Shown in pieces: positions 18,203 through 25,188 of a stretch of DNA of 34,077 nt. Origin of the DNA: PVC group bacterium. GTDB taxonomy: Bacteria > Auribacterota > Erginobacteria > Erginobacterales > Erginobacteraceae. The notes beneath the pieces are model-generated. The model was given only the letters and a program-made list of their open reading frames with translations, searched no databases and had not been told where the DNA came from. A program made the translations under genes and the position numbers. The stretch is from positions 1 to 34,077 of the forward strand of contig JAZDIV010000018.1 in NCBI GenBank assembly GCA_043804695.1, read 5' to 3'. The stretch's first letter is position 1. Every line of letters starts with the position of its first letter.

Positions 18203-19393
18203 TGCAACCTCAACTGTGATTACTGCTTCTACCTGGAGAAGGAAGCCCTCTTCCCGGGTAACAAGCAGCACCGGATGTCCGACGAGGTCCTTGAGGCATA
18301 CATCCGGAAGACCGCTGAGTACCAGACCGTCCCTGAACTGCTGTACGCCTGGCAGGGCGGAGAGCCGACCATGATGGGGGTGGACTTCTTCCGCAAGGCG
18401 ATCGATCTGGAGAAGCGGTATGCCGGGGGCAGGCGGATCGTCAACACGCTCCAGACCAACGGAACGCTCCTCGATGACGAGTGGTGCGCGTTCCTGGCGG
18501 AGAACAAGTTTTTGGTCGGCTTCAGTCTCGACGGGCCGAAGGATATCCACGATCGCCATCGGCGGGACCGGGGCGGTGAGCCCACCTTCGATCGTGTGAT
18601 GAGGGCGATGGAGCTGATGAAGAAGCACGCGGTGGAGTTCAACATCCTCGCCTGCGTTACTAGGGCGAGCGCAAAACGCCCGCTTGATATGTATCGTTTC
18701 TTCAAAAAAGAGGGCGTCAGGTTCATCCAGTTCACGCCGATCGTCGAGCGCTTGCCGGATGAAGAATCCGGCCGGATCGGCTTCATGCTGGGAATGCCGG
18801 CCGCCCTTGATGAAACCGACCGGCCGGACGTCACACCCTGGACGGTTGACCCGGAAGAGTACGGCGACTTCCTGATTGGCGTCTTCAATGAGTGGGTGCG
18901 AAACGACGTCGGCTCCGTCTTCGTCATGAACTTCGAATGGGCGCTCACAAACTCCATGGAGGCGCCGCAGGCGGCGTGCTTCTTTTCCCGGCGTTGTGGC
19001 GCCGCCGTCATCGTCGAACACAACGGGGACGTTTACTCCTGCGACCACTTCGTCTACCCGGAGTACCGCCTCGGGAGCATCCTCACCGATGGCCTGAGGG
19101 GGATGGTCGAATCGGAGCGACAGCGGGCGTTCGGGGCGGTCAAGGAGGAGGGTCTCCCGCGATACTGCCGGGTGTGCGAATTCCTCTTCGCCTGCCGGGG
19201 GGAGTGTCCCAAGCACCGGTTCCTGAAGACGCCGGAGGGCGAGCCGGGATTAAATTATCTCTGTGCCGGATACAGGAAGTACTTCCGCCATATCGGCCCC
19301 TACCTGGAAGCCATCGGCCAGACGATACGGATGGGGTATCCGGCTCAGAAGGTGATGGGGCTGGTGAGGAAAGGCAAGATCGGCAGTGCCTGA
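18128..19393 (+). CDS. Anaerobic sulfatase maturase (radical SAM/SPASM, AslB/anSME-like)
   Basis: KPTGPACNLNCDYCFY, WQGGEPT, LQTNG, SLDGP, and SPASM cysteines (CFFSRRC, YSCDH, CRVCEFLFACRGECPKHR, YLCAGY). Confidence 0.95.
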   Translation: MENKATEKPKHKLAVHLMAKPTGPACNLNCDYCFYLEKEALFPGNKQHRMSDEVLEAYIRKTAEYQTVPELLYAWQGGEPTMMGVDFFRKAIDLEKRYAGGRRIVNTLQTNGTLLDDEWCAFLAENKFLVGFSLDGPKDIHDRHRRDRGGEPTFDRVMRAMELMKKHAVEFNILACVTRASAKRPLDMYRFFKKEGVRFIQFTPIVERLPDEESGRIGFMLGMPAALDETDRPDVTPWTVDPEEYGDFLIGVFNEWVRNDVGSVFVMNFEWALTNSMEAPQAACFFSRRCGAAVIVEHNGDVYSCDHFVYPEYRLGSILTDGLRGMVESERQRAFGAVKEEGLPRYCRVCEFLFACRGECPKHRFLKTPEGEPGLNYLCAGYRKYFRHIGPYLEAIGQTIRMGYPAQKVMGLVRKGKIGSA

Positions 19394-19500
19394 AGTTCCG
19401 TAATACATTGAACGATAATCCAGGCTAAGCAATCAAAGAAATCAAGCTTTTGCCAATATTTGTTGATATTTTGATCAGGGTCCCGATCAGATGAGACGGA

Positions 19501-20136
19501 TCAGTCGGGCGCGGAGAGGATAGACGTGACCTCCTCGTCGGTCACATCGGACCAGTCTTCGTAGGCGTCGGCGACCGCGAAGACCCAGCCGCCCCGGACG
19601 TCGGGGCAGACCAGCTCGTCCACCAGCGGAGCGATCCGCTGATACGCGCCCGTCGAGGCGGTCGGTACCGCCACAATGACCGTATCCGGCTCGTGCTTCC
19701 GGATAACCCTCACTGCCGACTCCATCGTCACCCCCGAGGCGAGGCCGTCGTCGGTGAGCACCACGGTTTTTCCCGCCAGCCGGGGGAACTCTCGCGCCGC
19801 GCCATAGAGTTTGAGGCGGTCCTCGACGGACCGGAGGGCCTTCCCGGTCTGGGCGGCGATCTGCTCCCGGCTCAAGCCGAGACGGGACAGAAGGTCCTCG
19901 TTGTAGTGCACCGACCCGTCCGATGCCACGGAACCGAAGCCCGACTCGGTGTTCCCGGGGAGCTGGATCTTGCGGATAACGATCGGAAGCAGGGGGAGAT
20001 CGAGTTCCCGGGTCAGCGACGCCCCCACGACCACTCCGCCGTTGGGGATGGCGAGGACCAATGTCTCGGGCTCGAGCGGGGGCAGAAGCGACGCGAGAAC
20101 CCTTCCCGCTTCTTCACGGTTTCGATAGGCTGGCAT
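19501..20136 (-). CDS. Phosphoribosyltransferase family protein (type I PRT)
   Basis: YRNREEAGRVLA, LAIPNGGV, PRPP-binding loop VVLTDDGLASGVTM, AVPTAS. Confidence 0.9.
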   Translation of the reverse strand: MPAYRNREEAGRVLASLLPPLEPETLVLAIPNGGVVVGASLTRELDLPLLPIVIRKIQLPGNTESGFGSVASDGSVHYNEDLLSRLGLSREQIAAQTGKALRSVEDRLKLYGAAREFPRLAGKTVVLTDDGLASGVTMESAVRVIRKHEPDTVIVAVPTASTGAYQRIAPLVDELVCPDVRGGWVFAVADAYEDWSDVTDEEVTSILSAPD

Positions 20137-20177
20137 AGGAGGAATATACCATATGCGATTTATCCGTGATAATTCAT

Positions 20178-20255
20178 AACTTCCGTGGACATAATATTAA
20201 ATAGGGTAGTCAGACGGCATATAATTGCTGTATTCAGTGTCGTGTCCCCGGAATT
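20178..20255. repeat. GGGGACACAATAC inverted-repeat element, copy D (degenerate; core resembles copy C)
   Basis: AACTTCCGTGGACATAATATTAAATA-27 bp-TATTCAGTGTCGTGTCCCCGGAATT. Confidence 0.75.
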
Positions 20256-20322
20256 ACAGTTGGCGGCTTACATGTTTTTACAGGGGAATTACGCGTTTCG
20301 TAACCCGGCACCAAATTATTCA

Positions 20323-20357
20323 TTGCATTATATAGACACTTTTGTTAATTTAGTGCA
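20323..20357 (+). promoter_or_regulatory. Leaderless-type promoter of TA operon 2 with operator-like palindrome
   Basis: TTGCAT-17-TAATTT-6 nt-ATG, no SD; TAGACA-CTTT-TGTTAA at 20333-20348. Confidence 0.7.
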
Positions 20358-20999
20358 ATGAAATGGAAAGAATTGCTTAACATTGTGGTAGATGAACCGG
20401 TTTTTACCTCCTCCCTCCTGATGGCTGGTACTGTATCCTCGGTGGATATTCGGCGTCAATTGTCAAGATGGAGCCAGTCCGGACGAATTATCCCTTTGCG
20501 GAGAGGCGTCTATTTACTTGCATCTCCCTACCGGAAGCTCGAGCCTCACCCGTTTTTACTGGCAAATGCCATGAAAGCAGCCTCTTATGTGAGTCTGCAA
20601 TCCGCCCTCGCGCATTATGGGATGATCCCGGAGTACACCCCCGTCGTCACCAGCGTGACCACCGGACGTCCGGAGAATATCGAAACACGCTTTGGGGCAT
20701 TTTCTTTCACTCATATTAAAAAATCATGGTTCTTGGGGTATCGGCAGGCAGAGGTAGCGCCCGGCCAAACGGCATTCATAGGAACACCGGAGAAATGCCT
20801 ACTCGATCTGGTTTACTTGACACCCGGAGCGGATAGCATGGAATACCTCTGCGAACTCAGGCTTCAGAACCTCGATCAGCTGGATATGCAGGAACTTTTG
20901 CGAATCGCACAGGGAAGCCGTCGCCCAAAACTAATCAGGGCCGCTGAACGTATCGGAAGCCTGGCTGCTGAAGAGAAGGATAAATACAAGCAAGTATGA
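20358..20999 (+). CDS. Type IV TA antitoxin, AbiEi-like (copy 2)
   Basis: Collinear homolog of 16619..17257 (MKW, RGVYLLA.PYR, SYVSL, IPE, PEKCLLDLVYL, ELRLQN). Confidence 0.85.
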   Translation: MKWKELLNIVVDEPVFTSSLLMAGTVSSVDIRRQLSRWSQSGRIIPLRRGVYLLASPYRKLEPHPFLLANAMKAASYVSLQSALAHYGMIPEYTPVVTSVTTGRPENIETRFGAFSFTHIKKSWFLGYRQAEVAPGQTAFIGTPEKCLLDLVYLTPGADSMEYLCELRLQNLDQLDMQELLRIAQGSRRPKLIRAAERIGSLAAEEKDKYKQV

Positions 21000-21808
21000 A
21001 GGATTATCTCAAACAGCTTATCTCTGAAAGGAAGACAGGACTGCCGGAACGGGGTATTGTCCGGGAGTATCTCCAGGCGCGGATCCTCCAGTCACTGCAG
21101 GATAGCGGCGCTTTCCTTGATTGGGTCTTCCACGGGGGAACGGCACTCAGATTCCTCTACTCTATACCCCGGTACTCTGAAGATCTTGACTTCGCACTGG
21201 TAGACCCGGCTCGATCTCATCGCTTTCAGGAACATCTGGCTCAACTCAAAACAACATTTGAAGCGGAGAATTACACTGCCGAACTTAAAGTCAACGATCG
21301 CAAGACGGTCGTGTCCGCTTTCGTCCGTTTCCCGGGTCTCCTCCACGAACTCGGGATCTCTCCTCATCAAACAGAAGTGATCTCAGTCAAGATTGAGGTG
21401 GATACCAATCCACCTCCCGGAGCTATTACGGAAACCACACTTATCAGGAAATATGTCACACTGAATCTATGTCATCACGATCGAGCGTCTTTGCTGGCAG
21501 GGAAAGTAAATGCCGTTTTGATGAGAGAATACACAAAAGGTCGCGATCTTTACGATCTTGTATGGTATCTCGCCGATCGAACCTGGCCGCCTCCTAACCT
21601 GAATCTCCTGAATGCCGGACTTATTCAAACCGGCTGGGAAGGACCGGTGGCTACTCCATCAAACTGGCGTCAACTGCTGGCGGATCGTCTGGAAAAAGTG
21701 AGATGGGAACAGGCAATCTCCGACGTTCGTCCATTTCTCGAGCGACAGTCTGATCTGAATATTATCACTAAGGATAACTGCCTCAATTTACTGAGAGAAA
21801 AACGCTGA
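20996..21808 (+). CDS. AbiEii/AbiGii family nucleotidyltransferase toxin (copy 2)
   Basis: FHGGTALRFLY..RYSEDLDF, VKIEVD, GKVNAVL, KGRDLYDL; ATGA overlap. Confidence 0.92.
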   Translation: MKDYLKQLISERKTGLPERGIVREYLQARILQSLQDSGAFLDWVFHGGTALRFLYSIPRYSEDLDFALVDPARSHRFQEHLAQLKTTFEAENYTAELKVNDRKTVVSAFVRFPGLLHELGISPHQTEVISVKIEVDTNPPPGAITETTLIRKYVTLNLCHHDRASLLAGKVNAVLMREYTKGRDLYDLVWYLADRTWPPPNLNLLNAGLIQTGWEGPVATPSNWRQLLADRLEKVRWEQAISDVRPFLERQSDLNIITKDNCLNLLREKR

Positions 21809-21909
21809 AATACATTGCAATAGGATAACAGAGTTTACTCTGTCCCAAGGAATGTAGTGACAGAGGTTACTCTGCCCGGGTTATGAGAAGGTCGAGTAAA
21901 CTCGACCAC

Positions 21910-22037
21910 TACATGACCTGATTTACAAAAGCATTCAGATGGAAAACAACGCGACAGAGAAACCGAAACACAAGCTGGCCGGTCACCTGATGGCCAAGCC
22001 GACGGGGCCGGCCCTGGGGATGACGTTTCATTTTTAA
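21910..22037 (+). pseudogene. 5' fragment of the sulfatase maturase (104-bp direct repeat copy 2, 21910-22013)
   Basis: ATG 21939: MENNATEKPKHKLAGHLMAKPTGPA then unrelated LGMTFHF*; homology ends just before the CxxxCxxC motif. Confidence 0.9.
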
Positions 22038-22077
22038 GCCATGTTATTGACCGGGGTAACCCTCTTGAGGATAATTT

Positions 22078-22298
22078 AACCACGAAGGACACGAAGTTCA
22101 CGAAGAAGATAAGTATAGCAAACAGCGCACCTATCCGTCATACGTCTATACCCTTATTGATGATGTAAGTAGAGCGAATCGAACCATAATATTTATATAA
22201 TCATTTGCCTCAAAAAGAATTCATTCATGGTTAATTTGCTTAATCGATTCCAATTTTTTTCAAGTATTTTCCTTCGTGTTCTTCGTGTCCTTCGTGGT
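22078..22298. mobile_element. Putative non-autonomous element with CACGAAG tandem inverted arms and AT-rich interior
   Basis: AACCACGAAGGACACGAAGTTCACGAAG ... CTTCGTGTTCTTCGTGTCCTTCGTGGT. Confidence 0.65.
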
Positions 22299-22337
22299 GT
22301 ATGATCAGTGTCAATGGGCAAATAATCAGGGCTAAGA

Positions 22338-23480
22338 ATGAAACAAGATAATGCAGCCGAGCAGGAGACCGGTCTGAAAGTGGAGAGGGATGGGGCCAGG
22401 ACTGTCTTCTTCCTCCGGGGGAATCTGGAGGCGCGTGGCGGCGGCGGAATCTGGAAAGAGGCGGTAACGCTGCTCGAAAACGAAAAGCCCCGGCAGCTGA
22501 TCGTCGACGGAGACGGAGTGACTTACTGCGACGTCGCCGGGATCGGACTCCTGATCGACCTCAAGGCCCGCCAGGAAGAGCACGGCGGCACCTTTGAGGT
22601 CCGTAACTTCCCGGAGAAGTACCGACGTCTCCTCGACCTCTTCCCGCCTGATATTGTCAGGGATACGGGAAGACAGGAACGGGCCCGGGAATCCATCCCG
22701 GACGAAGTCGGCCGGGCCGCGGCCTCCTGGCTGGGGAACCTCCGGACCACGGTCGCCTTCATCGGCGAGCTCTCCTCCGCCCTCTTCTTTGCCGTCCTGC
22801 ACCCGGCGCAGGCGCGATGGAATAAGTGCTGGGGGGTGATGGAGGCGGCCGGGGTGAACGCTCTACCCATCATCGCCCTGATGGGGTTCCTGATCGGCCT
22901 GATCCTGGCCTTCCAGGCCGGGGTCCCGATGCGGCAGTACGGCGCCGATATCTTCATCATCAACCTGGTCGCCATCACCCTGGTGCGGGAACTGGGTCCG
23001 CTGATCACCGCCATCATCGTGGCCGGCCGTTCCGGCTCGTCCTTCGCCGCCGAGATCGGGACGATGAAGGTCAACGACGAGGTAAACGCCCTGATCACGA
23101 TGGGGCTCAACCCGGTCAAGTTCCTGGCCGTACCCAAGGTGCTGGCGGGGATACTGGTCATGCCACTTCTGACCATATTCACCAACATCTTCGGCATGAT
23201 CGGCGCCATCTTCGTGGTTATGGGGATGGGGTACCCGCTGATCACCTGCCTCAACCGGCTGGTCGATTCGGTGAGCGTGGGCGACCTTCTGGGGGGGCTC
23301 TTCAAGACGCTGGTCTTCGGCCTCCTGATCTCGGGTGTCGGGTGCCTCCGCGGTCTCCAGACCAAAGCCGGCGCCCAGTCGGTCGGCGTCTCGACCACCC
23401 AGGCGGTGGTGAGCGGGATCATTTTGATCATCTTCTCCGATGGGATCTTTGCGGTTATTTTTTATTATCTGGGGATATAA
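22338..23480 (+). CDS. mlaE: MlaE family ABC permease with N-terminal STAS domain
   Basis: STAS-like YCDVAG; VRELGPLITAIIVAGRSGSSFAAEIGTMKVNDEV, VGVSTTQAVV. Confidence 0.92.
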   Translation: MKQDNAAEQETGLKVERDGARTVFFLRGNLEARGGGGIWKEAVTLLENEKPRQLIVDGDGVTYCDVAGIGLLIDLKARQEEHGGTFEVRNFPEKYRRLLDLFPPDIVRDTGRQERARESIPDEVGRAAASWLGNLRTTVAFIGELSSALFFAVLHPAQARWNKCWGVMEAAGVNALPIIALMGFLIGLILAFQAGVPMRQYGADIFIINLVAITLVRELGPLITAIIVAGRSGSSFAAEIGTMKVNDEVNALITMGLNPVKFLAVPKVLAGILVMPLLTIFTNIFGMIGAIFVVMGMGYPLITCLNRLVDSVSVGDLLGGLFKTLVFGLLISGVGCLRGLQTKAGAQSVGVSTTQAVVSGIILIIFSDGIFAVIFYYLGI

Positions 23481-23486
23481 TAAAAT

Positions 23487-23883
23487 AAGCACCAAGCACC
23501 AAATCCCAAATAACAAATAAATTCCTCAGCCAAAGGCTGATCAGCCTCCGGCTGAAAATATCAATGACCGAAATTCCAAACAGCAGGCCGAAATACGATC
23601 TCGAAGAGAGGACATTCCAGTTTGCCGAAGATGTAAGGTCAGTTGTTTAATAATCTCATCCCCGGTGAGCTTGACTCACCGGAATGAAAGTTCAATAGCT
23701 ATACTGTTACATCAAACATAGACGGCCCCTGCCACCTTGTGTGGCAGGGGAGAAAGTTCAATGGCTAAAGAGAAACTCTCACCCATTATTGCCATGTAGG
23801 AGAGGGGGGAGGCCGGGATTAGCTTATGAACTTATTCACCTGCCGGGTAAACCGGCAGGGGTGATGCTTGTTATTTGGGATTT
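23487..23883. mobile_element. Decayed element with 7-mer tandem arms enclosing a four-helix-bundle gene stub and three hairpin units
   Basis: AAGCACCAAGCACCAAATCCCAAATAACAA starts 7 bp after the mlaE stop; perfect 16-bp inverted match between 23501-23516 and 23868-23883. Confidence 0.7.
23564..23650 (+). pseudogene. N-terminal stub of a four-helix-bundle protein (23S rRNA IVP / TIGR02436-like)
   Basis: MTEIPNSRPKYDLEERTFQFAEDVRSVV*; YDLEERTxxFA is the typical N-terminus of this family as I recall it. Confidence 0.75.
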
Positions 23884-23896
23884 AAATAAGTTGTTT

Positions 23897-24709
23897 ATGA
23901 ATGATGAACTACAAAATAATAGTGTGATGGTGGCGCAGAAAGAATCCACTGAACCAATCATTAAGGTTCGTGATGTCACGATCCGCTACGGCGAAAACAC
24001 CATCCTCAAGGACGTTTCCTTTGACGTGATGCCGGGCGAGGTCTTTATCATCCTGGGCGGGTCGGGCTGCGGGAAGAGCTCGATCATGCGGCAGATGATC
24101 GGTCTCGAGCAGCCGCTAACCGGTGAGGTCTTTATCAAGGGGGAGGACATTGTCACCGCCTACGGGAAGGACCGGGACGAACTCCTGAAGAAGATCGGTG
24201 TCATGTACCAGAACGGGGCACTTTTCGGCTCCCTGACGCTGCTCGAGAACGTGCGGCTTCCCCTGGACGAGTTCACCGACCTCCCCCCGGAAGCAAAGAA
24301 CCTGATCGCCCGGATGAAGCTCTCGCTGGTCGGGCTGGAGGCCTTCACCAACCATCTCCCTTCGGAGATCAGCGGGGGGATGCAGAAAAGGGCGGCCATC
24401 GCCCGGGCGATGACTCTCGACCCGGACATCCTCTTCCTCGACGAGCCTTCGGCCGGGCTCGATCCCATCACGTCGGCCGGGCTGGACGCGCTGATCCGCC
24501 GCCTAGCCGGGACACTCGGGGCCACCTTCGTGGTGGTGACCCACGAACTCCCCAGCATCTTCGCCATCGCCGACCGGGTCATCATGCTCGACAAGCGGGA
24601 GAAGACGATCGTCGCCGCCGGGACCCCCCGGGAACTCCGCGACCACTCGGAGAACCCCTGGGTGAAGAGCTTTTTCAACCGGGAGGAAGCACCGGAAGGA
24701 ATTGAGTAA
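23897..24709 (+). CDS. mlaF: MlaF/Mkl-type ABC ATPase
   Basis: Walker A GGSGCGKS, YQNGALFGS, ISGGMQKRAAIARA, LFLDEPSAGLDP, VVTHEL; start 23897 or 23927. Confidence 0.93.
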   Translation: MNDELQNNSVMVAQKESTEPIIKVRDVTIRYGENTILKDVSFDVMPGEVFIILGGSGCGKSSIMRQMIGLEQPLTGEVFIKGEDIVTAYGKDRDELLKKIGVMYQNGALFGSLTLLENVRLPLDEFTDLPPEAKNLIARMKLSLVGLEAFTNHLPSEISGGMQKRAAIARAMTLDPDILFLDEPSAGLDPITSAGLDALIRRLAGTLGATFVVVTHELPSIFAIADRVIMLDKREKTIVAAGTPRELRDHSENPWVKSFFNREEAPEGIE

Positions 24710-24910
24710 AACCGCCGCCAAAAGGCGCAAAATACGCAATCATAGAGCCCCCGCCTCGGCCCCGTTAATAGCCGCCAAAAGGCGCAAAATACGCAAAATT
24801 ATTTGTGATGAAGTCTGCGGAGGCAGATATTCGCTTTATGTGATCTGATAGGTGGTGTAAGTTTTGCCCTTCATTATTGAATATGGTCTGCTGGTTAATT
24901 TTGATGCATC

Positions 24911-25084
24911 TAGGAGCCTGTCCGAGTAACTCTTAAAAAGTCATTGCGAGCCCCGGAGGGGCGAAGCAATCTTGATAAGTATCACAACACATTATACTCG
25001 AACAGGATGAGATTGCTTCGTCGCTACGCTCCTCGCAATGACCTCGATTTGAACCAAAATTACAATTACTCGGACAGGCTCCTA
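24911..25084. mobile_element. MITE with perfect terminal inverted repeats and probable TA target duplication
   Basis: TAGGAGCCTGTCCGAGTAA (24911-24929) / TTACTCGGACAGGCTCCTA (25066-25084); removing it with one TA restores the host reading frame. Confidence 0.85.
24940..25042. repeat. GTCATTGCGAG...GCAATCT REP-like doublet, copy 1
   Basis: GTCATTGCGAGCCCCGGAGGGGCGAAGCAATCT ... AGATTGCTTCGTCGCTACGCTCCTCGCAATGAC. Confidence 0.85.
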
Positions 25085-25188
25085 TATCTGAGATTAAAAA
25101 ACATGCCTCAACCGATGTTGATTAATTCTTTTGCGCTTTTTGCGCCTTTTCGCGGCTATTTTTTTAGCAAGAGAGAAAGGGGGAGCTT

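Larger units (their letters stand above)
24824..25125 (+). pseudogene. Internally deleted, insertion-disrupted GxxExxY (PD-(D/E)XK-like) protein gene
   Basis: QIFALCDLIGGVSFALH | IEYGLLVNFDAS[insert]ISEIKKHASTDVD*, resembling the family N-terminus and the C-terminal GLLINFG motif; the central GxxExxY motif itself is missing. Confidence 0.65.
24769..25158. mobile_element. Decayed element with CGCAAAA tandem arms enclosing a GxxExxY-family gene remnant
   Basis: Arms 24769-24798 and 25129-25158 match 27/30 as inverted repeats; extra left arm at 24714-24739. Confidence 0.75.

Noticed and set aside
10747..20255. CRISPR array interpretation of the repeat-with-variable-core sites
   Set aside because: The arms are inverted rather than direct repeats, copies are kilobases apart, and there are no cas genes.
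18099..23650. Diversity-generating retroelement (104-bp repeat pair as TR/VR, four-helix bundle as Avd)
   Set aside because: There is no reverse transcriptase, the three mismatches (G/C, T/G, A/G) are not adenine-specific, and the repeat is at a gene 5' end.
23741..23896. 52-aa N-terminal extension of mlaF
   Set aside because: It is translated repeat sequence (hairpins and the TTGTTATTTGGGATTT arm, giving LVIWDL); ABC similarity starts later.
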